Assembly: GCA_016783825.1 (NCBI GenBank)
Contig: JADHVV010000002.1
Coordinates: 3,259-67,258 of the forward strand
Length of the DNA: 64,000 bases
Source of the DNA: Candidatus Zhuqueibacterota bacterium
Lineage (GTDB): Bacteria > Zhuqueibacterota > Zhuqueibacteria > Thermofontimicrobiales > Thermofontimicrobiaceae
Reading direction: 5' to 3'
Made by a program: the position numbers and the translations under genes. The notes below the pieces were generated by a model. It was not told where the DNA came from. It worked only from the letters and a program-made list of their open reading frames with translations, and made no database searches. Positions 42,551-52,972 of this stretch are shown here, in pieces; the first letter of the stretch is position 1, and each line of letters begins with the position of its first letter.

Positions 42551-43936
42551 ATGAATTTATTATACCGTGAACTATTACAAATCAAAAATCTTGAGATTGA
42601 ATTTATTGGTGATCTGGCAATATTGGATAAAAAAATTCAGAATTTTTCAATTAATTCAAGAATAATTGGGCAGAATGAAGTTTTTTTCGCGATCAAAGGT
42701 GAACAGTTTGATGGACATGATTTTGTCTTCGATGTTTTAAAAAAAGGACTTTCAACATGTGTTGTCTCAAAATCCTGGTTTCAAAGAAAGGATAAAGCTG
42801 AACTTGACGGTAATTTTTTTTTAGTTTCAGATACATTAATAGCGCTGCAGGAAATCAGCCGCTATTACCGACTCAAGTTTGATATTCCTGTTTTTGCTTT
42901 GACGGGAAGTAATGGGAAAACAACCACAAAGGAAATGATTGCTGCTGTTCTTGGCAAAAAGTTCAATATTTTGAAGACAGAAGGAAATTTAAATAATCAC
43001 ATTGGCGTGCCATTAACTTTATTCGATTTAAATGCAGAGCACGAAATCGCCATCATTGAGATGGGTGCAAACGACTGGGGCGAAATTGCAAGATTATCGG
43101 AAATATCCTGTCCTTCGCACGGATTAATAACAAATATCGGCCCGGCGCATCTTGAATTTTTTGGGTCGCTCGCAGGTGTTTTTAAAGCAAAAAATGAACT
43201 GTGGCAATATTTAGAGAAGAACGAAGGAATAGCATTTATAAATATTGATGATAATTATTTAAGCAAAAATATTCCACGGGCAAATAAAGTTATCACTTAT
43301 GGATTTGAAAATCAAGCAGATGTTTTGGGAAAATTTATTTCAATTAACCAAAAAGGACAGCCCCTTATTTCCATTGAAGATCAGGAAATAAATTTAAAAA
43401 TTGCCGGAATTCACAATATTTATAATGCCTTAGCGGCAGCTGCTGTAGGAGTGGAATTTGGTCTGACAATTCAGCAAATTAAATCCGCTTTAGAAAATTT
43501 TCAAGCAGCGTCAAAAAGGATGGAGATTCTTGAAAAAAAAGGAATTATTATTATCAATGATTGCTACAACTCAAATCCGGAATCAGCAAGAAAGGCGTTG
43601 CTAACATTATCCCAAATGGAGACAGAAGGCAGAAGGCTGGCAGTTCTCGGGGATATGTTTGAGCTTGGTAAACATGGTAAAAATGAACATAAATCAATTG
43701 GAGAATATTTTTCTGCGCTAAAAAATATTGATGTATTATTAGCGCATGGCCCTCTATCAGTATCAACTATTGATGGAGCGAAAAAATCAACAACAAAAAA
43801 TTGTGAGCATTTTCAAAATAAAGGTGATTTGATAGATAGTCTGTTGGCAATTATAAAAAAAGGGGATTTAATTCTCATAAAAGGTTCAAGAGGCATGGCA
43901 ATGGAAGAGGTTACTGACGCGCTGCTTGAGTCTTGA
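42551..43936 (+). CDS. murF: UDP-N-acetylmuramoyl-tripeptide--D-alanyl-D-alanine ligase
   Basis: TGSNGKTTTKEM, GNLNNHIGVPLTL, EMGANDWGEI, ITNIGPAHLEFFGS. ATG at 42551 is preferred over the listed TTG at 42512. Confidence 0.9.
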   Translation: MNLLYRELLQIKNLEIEFIGDLAILDKKIQNFSINSRIIGQNEVFFAIKGEQFDGHDFVFDVLKKGLSTCVVSKSWFQRKDKAELDGNFFLVSDTLIALQEISRYYRLKFDIPVFALTGSNGKTTTKEMIAAVLGKKFNILKTEGNLNNHIGVPLTLFDLNAEHEIAIIEMGANDWGEIARLSEISCPSHGLITNIGPAHLEFFGSLAGVFKAKNELWQYLEKNEGIAFINIDDNYLSKNIPRANKVITYGFENQADVLGKFISINQKGQPLISIEDQEINLKIAGIHNIYNALAAAAVGVEFGLTIQQIKSALENFQAASKRMEILEKKGIIIINDCYNSNPESARKALLTLSQMETEGRRLAVLGDMFELGKHGKNEHKSIGEYFSALKNIDVLLAHGPLSVSTIDGAKKSTTKNCEHFQNKGDLIDSLLAIIKKGDLILIKGSRGMAMEEVTDALLES

Positions 43937-44060
43937 TTTATCCCGCTTTGTTCATGTACTTAGAATTTTGGTGAAATGTGAAATACCCTATAGGCACTGG
44001 GCGTGAAACGAATAAAAGCTGTTTTTCACATTTGACGTTTCACTTAAAAAAGGACAAATT

Positions 44061-45149
44061 ATGTTTTATCATCTTTTTCCTCCTTTACAAGACTTGGTTT
44101 CAGGATTTCGCTTATTTTCTTACATTACTTTCAGAAGCTCGATTGCGGCTATTCTTGCATTGTTGATCAGCCTATTTATTGGACCTGTAATAATACGGTT
44201 ATTAAAGAGACATCAAATAGGTGAAGAAATAAGAAGTGATGGCCCGCAAACCCATTTGAAAAAAGTCGGCACCCCAACCATGGGGGGAATAATTATTTTG
44301 ATTTCACTAATTATTCCCACCCTATTACTTGCCAGGCTCGATAATATTTATATCTTTTTAATTCTGCTGGCAACTATCTGGGGTGGATCAATTGGCTGGC
44401 TTGATGATTATCTCAAAGTCGTTAAAAAAAAGCCAAAAGGATTAATCGCACGCTATAAAATTATCGGACAAGTTTCTTTGGGACTGGTTATCGGGAGCGT
44501 GATTTATTTTCACCCCTATTTTAGCGAGATCAAGTCGCTTTCTACTTTGCCATTTTTTAAGAACTATGAAATAGATTTTGGGATATTCTATATTCCAATG
44601 GTTATTTTTATTATTACTGCAATGTCAAATAGTGTAAATCTTACAGATGGGTTGGATGGATTAGCTATAGGCCTGGTTGGCATCACCGCGATCGCCTGGG
44701 CTGGCATCAGTTATGTGTCCGGGAGAGTGGATTTTAGTTCATATCTGAATATTCTCTACTTACCTGGGGCAGGAGAATTAACAGTTTATTCGGCTGCTTT
44801 AATTGGCGCCAGCCTGGGATTTTTATGGCACAATTCATATCCAAGCTCTGTTTTTATGGGAGATACGGGTTCTTTAGCATTAGGATCAGCAATAGGAACA
44901 TTAGCAGTCTTACTTCGCAAGGAATTGTTGCTGATTATTCTATGCGGAATTTTTGTTGCAGAATCATTGTCAGTTATTTTACAGGTTTCATATTTTAAGC
45001 GTACAGGTGGAAAACGATTATTCAAGATGGCGCCAATCCACCACCATTTCGAATTAAAAGGATGGCACGAATCAAAAGTAGTCGTCAGGTTTTGGATAAT
45101 AGGTATCTTGTTGGCTTTATTGATGTTAATTACTTTTAAAGTACGATGA
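44061..45149 (+). CDS. mraY: Phospho-N-acetylmuramoyl-pentapeptide transferase
   Basis: KKVGTPTMGG, NSVNLTDGLDGLA, MGDTGSLALG, APIHHHFELKGW. Confidence 0.96.
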   Translation: MFYHLFPPLQDLVSGFRLFSYITFRSSIAAILALLISLFIGPVIIRLLKRHQIGEEIRSDGPQTHLKKVGTPTMGGIIILISLIIPTLLLARLDNIYIFLILLATIWGGSIGWLDDYLKVVKKKPKGLIARYKIIGQVSLGLVIGSVIYFHPYFSEIKSLSTLPFFKNYEIDFGIFYIPMVIFIITAMSNSVNLTDGLDGLAIGLVGITAIAWAGISYVSGRVDFSSYLNILYLPGAGELTVYSAALIGASLGFLWHNSYPSSVFMGDTGSLALGSAIGTLAVLLRKELLLIILCGIFVAESLSVILQVSYFKRTGGKRLFKMAPIHHHFELKGWHESKVVVRFWIIGILLALLMLITFKVR

Positions 45150-45162
45150 TTATTATAATAAA

Positions 45163-45231
45163 AACCACTAATTACACGAATTTCAATAAGCACAGAATAA
45201 TAATTAGTGAAAATTCGTGAAATTAGTGGTT
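45163..45231. repeat. 21-bp inverted repeat (aaccactaattacacgaattt / aaattcgtgaaattagtggtt) between mraY and ftsW
   Basis: Arms at 45163-45183 and 45211-45231, with one mismatch. Same cacgaatt/attagtg family as at 19.9-20.3 kb. Confidence 0.75.
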
Positions 45232-45279
45232 AATATCTTTTTATAATAGACTTATAAACATATTCATATTTTTGATGTC

Positions 45280-46467
45280 ATGAAAAACCAAATAAAAAAC
45301 AAAATAAAATTTGATGTTATTTTGCTAATTATTGTGCTGTTGCTAATTGTGATCGGAACGGCTGCAATCTACAGCGCCAGTAGTTACAAAGCAAAAACAA
45401 ATGAAGAAATTAACAATAGTCAACATTATTTGATCAAGCATTTATTTCGCCTGGGTCTTGGATTAATTTTAATGATCCTTTTTATTAAGATAGATTACCA
45501 GGCATTGCAAAAAATTGCGCCAATTATTTTAGCATTTTCGTTTATTTTATTGTTATTTGTTTTAGTGGGTGGTGTAACATTAAATGGCAGCAAACGGTCG
45601 TTAATAATAAATGGAATTTTTTTTCAACCATCTGAAATGGCAAAATATGCGTTACTTATATTTCTTTCCGTTTACCTGGTGGAAAAAGAAAAAAAATTAA
45701 AGGATTTGAGAGAAGGACTTTTTCCTGTTTTAGCAATGGTGGGACTGGTTGTTTTTCCAATCGTTCTGGAACCAGATTTAGGAACAGCCGTGATCATTTT
45801 CATTTTGAGCCTAATGCTCATATTTTTAGCAGGAGCAAGTATTTATCATTTATCTGGATTAGTAATGGTTGGAATAGTCGCAGCAGCTATTGTAGTTAAG
45901 ATTTTTCAATATCAAGGGGATAGGCTAATGGCATTTATCAATGCAGTTAGAGGTGTGAGTGATCCAGCATACCAGGTATTGCAGTCGTTAATTTCATTTG
46001 GCAATGGCGGATTTGCAGGCATAGGCATCGGAAATTCTCGCCAGAAGATGCATCACCTGCCACAGCCTTTCACTGATTTTATTTACAGCATTATTGGTGA
46101 AGAGGCCGGGATAATCGGATGTTTTATTTTACTGATACTATTTTTGGGATTTTTGTGGCGCGGACTCTGGATTACAATTCATGCTCCGGATAGAAAAGGA
46201 CAATTATTAGCTTTTGGCATTACTTCTTCAATTTTAGTTTATGCATTTATTAATATTGGGATTTCGCTTAATTTATTACCCGTCACTGGCATAACTTTGC
46301 CTTTTATTTCTTATGGCGGCTCTTCGCTAATAATGAATTTAATCGCTGTTGGTATTTTATTGAATATATCCGTGCAGATAAACCAGGGTGTGAGTAAAGC
46401 CAACAAAGGCTATAAAAATTATTTAAAAGTAACATCCCGTTCAAGAATAAAAAAAAGAAAAAAATAA
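45280..46467 (+). CDS. ftsW: SEDS-family peptidoglycan polymerase / lipid II flippase FtsW
   Basis: Multi-TM protein. FQPSEMAKYALLIFLSVYL, LEPDLGTA, GNSRQK...LPQPFTDFIYSIIGEE. Confidence 0.9.
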   Translation: MKNQIKNKIKFDVILLIIVLLLIVIGTAAIYSASSYKAKTNEEINNSQHYLIKHLFRLGLGLILMILFIKIDYQALQKIAPIILAFSFILLLFVLVGGVTLNGSKRSLIINGIFFQPSEMAKYALLIFLSVYLVEKEKKLKDLREGLFPVLAMVGLVVFPIVLEPDLGTAVIIFILSLMLIFLAGASIYHLSGLVMVGIVAAAIVVKIFQYQGDRLMAFINAVRGVSDPAYQVLQSLISFGNGGFAGIGIGNSRQKMHHLPQPFTDFIYSIIGEEAGIIGCFILLILFLGFLWRGLWITIHAPDRKGQLLAFGITSSILVYAFINIGISLNLLPVTGITLPFISYGGSSLIMNLIAVGILLNISVQINQGVSKANKGYKNYLKVTSRSRIKKRKK

Positions 46468-46499
46468 AATTTTAATTTGATAGTTGAAAGGAATGAGAC

Positions 46500-46784
46500 A
46501 TGAAAACAAGACCTGCTCCTTCAATCCAAAATAATTTTCAAATTAGCGGACAACGCGATATTTCCCCAAAGAAAATCCAGCAGAAACTGGAAGTTCTTGA
46601 AATGAATTTACTCAATGTTCAGTTAACTGATCAAATATCGTTACAAAACAATTTTTACATTAGTGATGCAAAAAAGATGCTGGTTTTTGCGCGGGAAAAT
46701 TATAATAAAGGATTTTTTAATGTTTCCGATGCTTCTTTATTACTGGCAAAAACATACATTGAAAGATACAAATCAAACGCATGA
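46500..46784 (+). CDS. Hypothetical small protein (94 aa) in the dcw cluster
   Basis: GAAAGGAA upstream. The stop overlaps the ftsQ start (ATGA), suggesting translational coupling. I recognise no family. Confidence 0.4.
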   Translation: MKTRPAPSIQNNFQISGQRDISPKKIQQKLEVLEMNLLNVQLTDQISLQNNFYISDAKKMLVFARENYNKGFFNVSDASLLLAKTYIERYKSNA

Positions 46785-47518
46785 AAAATAAAATATTAAA
46801 AATCTTTCTGCTAATACTAACAAATATTCTGATTTTGTTGGTAATTTTTTTATTGCTTTGGCATAATAATATCTTTGTGTTAAAAGCAGTGAGAATTTAC
46901 AATAACCAACTTGTCACAAAAAATGAAATCCTTCGAAGGACCATGTTCGATTTTTCAGCAGATATTTTTAATATTAACATCAACAAAATTGAAAAGGATC
47001 TCCTCAAACTCCCAATGATTGAAGATGTAAGGATTAGTCGATTTTATCCATCTATATTAAAGATTCAAGTAAAAGAACATGATCTTATTGCTGGAATATC
47101 CGGCTCTGAGGTGGCTGTTGTGACAGAGAAAGGAAATCTTATTTTTAATTACAACCCGGAAGTATTATATGATTTACCCATCATTACCGGTATTCATTTT
47201 AAAACTGATACGCTGGAAAACCGAAAACCACAAAATCCTGAATTGATGAAAAAGTGCGTGAAAATTTTAAAAGCAATAAAAAAAAATGATCCCTTATTAT
47301 TTCATGAAATTTCAGAGCTAAATTTTAGTCAAAATAAAGGAATGATGTTTTTTTTAAGAAAGAATAATATTCCGGTCATTTTTGGAGAGAATAATCTCAT
47401 CAGAAAGTTGAATTATTTTTCAACCATATTCAATGAATTATTTGAAAAAAAATCATTAAATAGTGTTCTGGCTTTGGATATTCGATATGAAGGTCAGGTT
47501 GTTGTTAAACAAAAATAG
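46781..47518 (+). CDS. ftsQ: Cell division protein FtsQ (POTRA domain)
   Basis: N-terminal TM segment, a POTRA-like LKAVRIYNNQLVTKNEILR, and a position upstream of ftsA. Confidence 0.8.
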   Translation: MKNKILKIFLLILTNILILLVIFLLLWHNNIFVLKAVRIYNNQLVTKNEILRRTMFDFSADIFNININKIEKDLLKLPMIEDVRISRFYPSILKIQVKEHDLIAGISGSEVAVVTEKGNLIFNYNPEVLYDLPIITGIHFKTDTLENRKPQNPELMKKCVKILKAIKKNDPLLFHEISELNFSQNKGMMFFLRKNNIPVIFGENNLIRKLNYFSTIFNELFEKKSLNSVLALDIRYEGQVVVKQK

Positions 47519-47533
47519 AATAGGAGAAGCCCG

Positions 47534-48772
47534 ATGGCAAGTGAATATATTGCCGGTCTTGACATAGGAACAACAAAGATCGGGGTGATCATCGCAGAAG
47601 TTTCAGAAGACAATTTGCCGAAAATTGTCGGTGTCGGAATGGCTCCTTCGGATGGATTGAGAAAAGGAGTAGTCGTCAATATTGAAAGAACTGTTCGTTC
47701 CATTGAAAGCGCGGTTGAGCATGCAGAACAAATGGCTGGAATTAATATTGAAGAAGTATATGTTGGAATCGCTGGAGATCACATCCGGAGTTATAATGGA
47801 CGAGCAGTCGTTGCAGTTGCAGGCGCCAATAATGAAATTAATGAAGATGATGTAAGGCGGGTAATCGATGCAGCCAAAGCGGTTGTCATGCCAATGGATC
47901 GTGAAATATTGCACAACATCCCACAGGAATATATTGTTGACGATGAACGCGGCATTAAAGACCCACTGGGTATGACCGGCACAAGATTGGAAACAGAAGT
48001 TCACATCGTTACCGGCGCTATTACGTCGGCACAAAATATAATCCGCAGCGTTGAAAGAGCAGGAATTTATGTTAAAGATTTAGTATTAGAACCACTGGCT
48101 TCCAGTTATTCCGTGCTTGATGATGATGAGAAAAAGCTGGGTGTTGTTGTCATGGATATGGGCGGCGGTACAATTGACATTGCGCTTTTTTATGATGAAT
48201 GTATCCGCCATACGGCTGTTGTTGCATTAGGGGGTGAATATGTAACGAATGATATTGCTCATATATTACGTACTCCTGTTGAACAGGCAGAAATTGTCAA
48301 ACACCGGTACGGATGCTGTCTGTCTCACTTTATTGAGAATCCTGATGACCCCATCGAAATTCCGGGAATCGGGGGAAGAGCGCCAAGAAAAGTATCCAAA
48401 GAATTGTTGACAGAAATTATCCACCCGAGAATGGTTGAAATATTTCGTTTGGTTGCAGGTGAAATCAAAAAATCAGAGTTCGGAAAAATGATGACAGCAG
48501 GCGTTGTCCTAACAGGTGGTGGCGCTATGCTAAAAGGCGCTACAGAATTAGCTGAAGAAATTTTTGACATGCCGGTAAAGATGGGAATTCCTAAGGGTTT
48601 CAGTGGCTTAATTGATTTGGCAAGAAGTCCAATTCATGCAACGGGTGTTGGTTTGATACTATATGCCTTGAGCAATGAGCACGAGTTAGAAGATTTTCTC
48701 AGTGATGACGAAACAGGGAGATTTGAAAATATTTGGGAGAGAATGAAAAGCTGGTTTACATTTAAGAAATAA
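47534..48772 (+). CDS. ftsA: Cell division protein FtsA
   Basis: Actin-fold motifs LDIGTTKIGVII, VMDMGGGTIDIALF, VLTGGGAMLKG. AGGAGA SD upstream. Confidence 0.96.
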   Translation: MASEYIAGLDIGTTKIGVIIAEVSEDNLPKIVGVGMAPSDGLRKGVVVNIERTVRSIESAVEHAEQMAGINIEEVYVGIAGDHIRSYNGRAVVAVAGANNEINEDDVRRVIDAAKAVVMPMDREILHNIPQEYIVDDERGIKDPLGMTGTRLETEVHIVTGAITSAQNIIRSVERAGIYVKDLVLEPLASSYSVLDDDEKKLGVVVMDMGGGTIDIALFYDECIRHTAVVALGGEYVTNDIAHILRTPVEQAEIVKHRYGCCLSHFIENPDDPIEIPGIGGRAPRKVSKELLTEIIHPRMVEIFRLVAGEIKKSEFGKMMTAGVVLTGGGAMLKGATELAEEIFDMPVKMGIPKGFSGLIDLARSPIHATGVGLILYALSNEHELEDFLSDDETGRFENIWERMKSWFTFKK

Positions 48773-48938
48773 GGTGATTGGGTAATTAAGTAATAGGATA
48801 ATTTGTTAATTTAATTATTTGCGTACACAAAGTACAAGGACAATAAGAGAAACCAACGGATAGAAACAATCCAACTGATGAAAGATTTTGATTCCAACTA
48901 AAGGCTAAGATTAAAGTTAAGGTTAAGAAAAAAAATAT

Positions 48939-49141
48939 GTAACCGTTCAGCATGGTCATAAATGTCATTCTGAGGGAGCTTGCGACCGAAGCACAGTCTG
49001 TACTTCCTTAAAATAATAAGGTAACTGTACAGGAATCTCCCCAATATTCACACAATAATATGAGATTCTTCACTTCCCACTCTCCCCAATCCCTTCCCCC
49101 GTTCAGAATGACATTGGTTCGACGAATGGCTGAACTATTAC
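48939..49141. mobile_element. MITE-like element, copy B, in the ftsA-ftsZ spacer
   Basis: TIR gtaaccgttcagc / gctgaactattac. Same gtcattctgagggagcttgcgaccgaag core as copy A. It carries an extra ~45-bp insert that also occurs at 12362-12406. Confidence 0.8.
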
Positions 49142-49239
49142 AAAAATATTTATTTATTGATCATAGTCTCAACCTTTTTTTACAAATGATAAATAATGAA
49201 CAACAAAATATTAACCCATCCCAATAAGGAGGGCTAACC

Positions 49240-50481
49240 ATGAATGAATTAAGATTAAATTTCGATGACTCAGTAATCCCGACAGCAAAGATGAAGGTTA
49301 TTGGAGTCGGAGGCGCGGGAGGAAACGCTGTTAATAGAATGATTGTTTCTGGTTTAACCGGCGTTGAATTCGTTGCAGCAAATACTGATTTGCAGGCATT
49401 AAATGTGTGCAAAGCGCCGGTGCGTTTGCAAATTGGAAAAATGTTGACCAAAGGTCTGGGCGCGGGTGCAGATCCGGATGTTGGCAAAAGAGCGATTGAG
49501 GAAGACCAGGAAGCTGTTTTTAATGCACTTAAAGGCGTTGATATGGTTTTTGTGACTGCCGGTATGGGAGGCGGTACCGGGACAGGAGCTGCTCCTATTG
49601 TTGCGCAAATTGCCAAGGATCAAAAAGCGCTCACCGTTGGTATTGTTACAAAACCATTCTCATTTGAGGGACCAAAAAGAATGGCTCGGGCTGAAGAAGG
49701 AATAAAAGAATTAAAGCAATATGTTGATACGCTTATCGTTATACCCAACCAACGACTGTTGTCTATTGTATCAAAGGATACCAGGCTTAATAAAGCGTTT
49801 CAAATGGCTGACGAAGTTCTTTATAACGCAACCAAGGGAATTTCAGATTTAATCACTGTGCCCGGATTGATCAACCTGGATTTTGCAGATGTGAAAACGG
49901 TGATGTCGGAAATGGGAGATGCTTTAATGGGCTCAGCAATTGCTAAAGGCGATGATCGTGCAATTGAGGCAGCCAGGAATGCTATTTCGAGTCCACTATT
50001 GGATGATGTTTCAATTGACGGCGCCCTTGGCTTGTTAGTAAATATTACCGGCAGTGAAGATATCACATTGAATGAAGTTGAAAACGCTGCAAACTTAATC
50101 CAGGAGGCTGTCGGCGAAAAAGCAAATATTATTGTCGGAGCAGTTATTGATGACCAATTTGATGATTCCATCAGGGTAACTGTGATCGCAACCGGCTTTA
50201 ATAAGGAAGTTCGTAAGCACAAAGTTCCGCTTTCCCGGAAAAAAATGGATTTCATCCATTCAACAATTGATTACCTGGATGTTCCGACTTATCAAAGAAA
50301 TGATGAAGGCAACTTTGAAACTGAAGTTGATGAGACAGGAACAGGCACCACAATTGTACGAGGAAATCCTAACGGAAATGGACATGATCCGGAGTTCGAA
50401 TATGAAGATGAAGTTCATAAAGAATTTAAACCTGATGACTATGAGTTTCCAACTTTTCTTCGACGCCGGCATGAAATGTAG
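49240..50481 (+). CDS. ftsZ: Cell division GTPase FtsZ
   Basis: [45 protein letters not shown] upstream. Confidence 0.98.
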   Translation: MNELRLNFDDSVIPTAKMKVIGVGGAGGNAVNRMIVSGLTGVEFVAANTDLQALNVCKAPVRLQIGKMLTKGLGAGADPDVGKRAIEEDQEAVFNALKGVDMVFVTAGMGGGTGTGAAPIVAQIAKDQKALTVGIVTKPFSFEGPKRMARAEEGIKELKQYVDTLIVIPNQRLLSIVSKDTRLNKAFQMADEVLYNATKGISDLITVPGLINLDFADVKTVMSEMGDALMGSAIAKGDDRAIEAARNAISSPLLDDVSIDGALGLLVNITGSEDITLNEVENAANLIQEAVGEKANIIVGAVIDDQFDDSIRVTVIATGFNKEVRKHKVPLSRKKMDFIHSTIDYLDVPTYQRNDEGNFETEVDETGTGTTIVRGNPNGNGHDPEFEYEDEVHKEFKPDDYEFPTFLRRRHEM

Positions 50482-50865
50482 TTTTTTCTGCGTCAGCCTG
50501 CTGAGTGTTGAAACATAATTCATTGTGGTATGGTTCATGGATTCTGGATGCTTGATCCTGGTTACTGGTTACCCCCATCCCATCAAGAATCAAGTTTCCA
50601 GCATCCAGTATCCAGCATCTGGAATCCAAAGAAAAAAGAGAGTTTGTAACTGATTAATAGTTTAGCAATTTTGCATAATTCGGACAAACACAATTTATAA
50701 TCAATCCTGATACCAAGCATATAAGTCGGAAAAGAATTCGGGTCTTGTATTGATTCACATGACTTTTTTTCATGGGTTGAAGCTAACTTTTGTCATTTGA
50801 AACAATGCTTTAATTTCGCATAAATAATATGTTTTGGAATTCAGGATTGATTTTTTTTATTGCCG

Positions 50866-51030
50866 TAACTGTTCAGCTATTTATTGTATTATTGTCATTC
50901 TGAACGAGGGAGGGTGGTGATGTTGGAAAGTGAAGAATCTCATAATATTTTAAAAAAGTGGTGACGTTGGAGAAATTCTTCGGTCGCAAGCTCCCTCAGA
51001 ATGACTTTTCTATGCTGGCTGAATAGTTAC
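50866..51030. mobile_element. MITE-like element, copy C (inverted orientation, uninterrupted 165-bp form)
   Basis: TIR gtaactgttcagc / gctgaatagttac. Its reverse complement is collinear with the outer parts of copy A. Confidence 0.8.
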
Positions 51031-51033
51031 TTA

Positions 51034-52599
51034 ATGCCTATGAAAAAAACACAGGAAAATAAATTCTTCAGTTTCAGTAAAAATATACTGAACAATGAAA
51101 AGAATAGTGTTAAACAGCAGCGAGAAGGGCTGCTTTCCATAGCCCTGGTATTTCCCAATTCTTATGCTGTTGGCATGTCTAACCTGGGATTTCAGACCGT
51201 TTACAAACTTTTTAATGAATTTCCCGGAGTCAGCTGTGAGCGCGCCTTCTATTACCCATATTTTCCTACTGTTACGAAAACACTGGAATCAAACCGGGAG
51301 TTAAGAGAGTTTGATGTCATAGCGTTTTCCGTATCTTTTGAAATGGATTTCATCAACATTATCCAAATATTAATAAATGGTGGGATAACGCCTTTATCTT
51401 CAAATCGTGATTTCCGCGAGCCGCTCATTATTGCCGGAGGCGCTGTAACCTTCCTAAATCCTGCCCCGCTCACTCCTTTTGTGGATATTTTTCTAATTGG
51501 AGAGTTGGAACCGAAGCTGCACACTTTGATGGAATCATTGCTCAATTCAAAAAAACAAAATCTGTCTAAAAATGAAATATTAGAATCGTTCAACGCCTCC
51601 CCCGGGTTTTATGTGCCTGCAAAATTTGAAAATCACCAAAAAGTACAAAAAGTACATTTCCATTTGAAGAATGAGAATCCTCAATATTCACCAATTTTAA
51701 GTCCGGATAGCCATTTTAAAAATATGTTCTTAACCGAAGTCGGACGTGGTTGTGGACGTAAATGTAATTTCTGTGCAGCCAGTTTCATCTATCAACCTTT
51801 TCGTATCTTTCCGGTGGAGCGAATTCTTGAAACGATCCGGACTCATTGCCAGGAAACAAAAAGAATCGGGCTAATTGGTTCAGCAATTTCCGATTACCCG
51901 AAAATCAAAACCCTCTGTTTGCAATTGGTGAAAAAAAATTATCAATTAGGTCTTTCCTCCTTCCGTCTTGATAAAATTGATGATTCTTTTATAAATATCC
52001 TGGAACGGGGAAAAGTAAATTCGATTGCCTTTGCCCCTGAAGCAGGAACTGAAAGATTAAGAAAAACAATCAATAAAAATTTATCCCAGGAACAAATTAT
52101 TGATGCCGCTGAAGTTATTTCGCATTCATCTGTGAACCAGGTCAAACTTTATTTTCTAATCGGATTACCGGGAGAAACATGGGAAGACATTGAAGGGATT
52201 GTTACTTTAGTGGATAAAATGCAGCAAATTTTTTATAGAAGTAAAAGAACCAAAAAAATGACTATTAGTGTAAACACTTTTATCCCAAAACCATTCACAC
52301 CATTTCAATGGGCAGCAATGGAAAAAATCAGTGAGATTCAGCGGAAACGAAAACACCTTAATAAGAAATTGAAAGCTTTGACCGGAGTACAGATTTCTCC
52401 TAAAAGCGCTAAGGAAGAAATCTTGCAGGGAATTTTTTCACTCGGTGGGAAAGACATTGGGAAAGCGATTTATTTTAAAATTATTGATAATTTAGACTGG
52501 GAGCAAGCCTGGTTAAAAGCCGGGGTGAACGAACAAAAAATATTATTTTCTGAAAAACAATCTGGTGAAGTTTTTCCATGGGATTTTAATGAAGCATGA
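51034..52599 (+). CDS. B12-binding-domain-type radical SAM protein
   Basis: EVGRGCGRKCNFCAASF (CX3CX2C), preceded by a Rossmann-like N-terminal domain. The listed start at 51001 lies inside MITE copy C. ATG at 51034 or 51040 is more plausible. Confidence 0.8.
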   Translation: MPMKKTQENKFFSFSKNILNNEKNSVKQQREGLLSIALVFPNSYAVGMSNLGFQTVYKLFNEFPGVSCERAFYYPYFPTVTKTLESNRELREFDVIAFSVSFEMDFINIIQILINGGITPLSSNRDFREPLIIAGGAVTFLNPAPLTPFVDIFLIGELEPKLHTLMESLLNSKKQNLSKNEILESFNASPGFYVPAKFENHQKVQKVHFHLKNENPQYSPILSPDSHFKNMFLTEVGRGCGRKCNFCAASFIYQPFRIFPVERILETIRTHCQETKRIGLIGSAISDYPKIKTLCLQLVKKNYQLGLSSFRLDKIDDSFINILERGKVNSIAFAPEAGTERLRKTINKNLSQEQIIDAAEVISHSSVNQVKLYFLIGLPGETWEDIEGIVTLVDKMQQIFYRSKRTKKMTISVNTFIPKPFTPFQWAAMEKISEIQRKRKHLNKKLKALTGVQISPKSAKEEILQGIFSLGGKDIGKAIYFKIIDNLDWEQAWLKAGVNEQKILFSEKQSGEVFPWDFNEA

Positions 52600-52679
52600 T
52601 AAATTGGACACTCATGCACTCACATCGATCCGCAGCGGAGGATTGTCGATAATTGCTGGGTAATATTATTATTAAAAAT

Positions 52680-52768
52680 CTTTGTGTAACTTTGAGGTTC
52701 TTTGTGGTACTTTGTGGTACTTTGTGAAATAGCTATTACACAAAGAAGACACAAAGTTTCACAAAAAG
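52680..52768. repeat. ctttgtg / cacaaag repeat cluster
   Basis: Five direct ctttgtg-type units at ~10-11 bp spacing, followed by three inverted cacaaag units. Confidence 0.65.
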
Positions 52769-52972
52769 ATTAAAGCGAATAGTGCGAAAACATCGCCAAA
52801 ACTTCTACTATATTTATTTTTTATAGCTGCTCCAAAGGAACCATATTATTAAGACATAGTCCTTAAAAGTATGTAGTATCTAACCAGTATACTTCTGCAC
52901 ATTTTTTTTCATTGACATTCTGAATTTGATATTGTATATTATTTTAAAGAATATTTTAGGAGATGATTTATT

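Noticed and set aside
43978-44166. 62-aa ORF overlapping the mraY start.
   Set aside because: It overlaps the well-supported mraY start, which has a good SD at 44061, and it has no support of its own.
50260-50629. Small ORFs at and after the ftsZ 3-prime end (50260-50538 minus, 50267-50518 plus, 50426-50629 minus).
   Set aside because: They overlap the ftsZ tail and a tccagcatccag-type repeat region. They have no coding signal or motifs.
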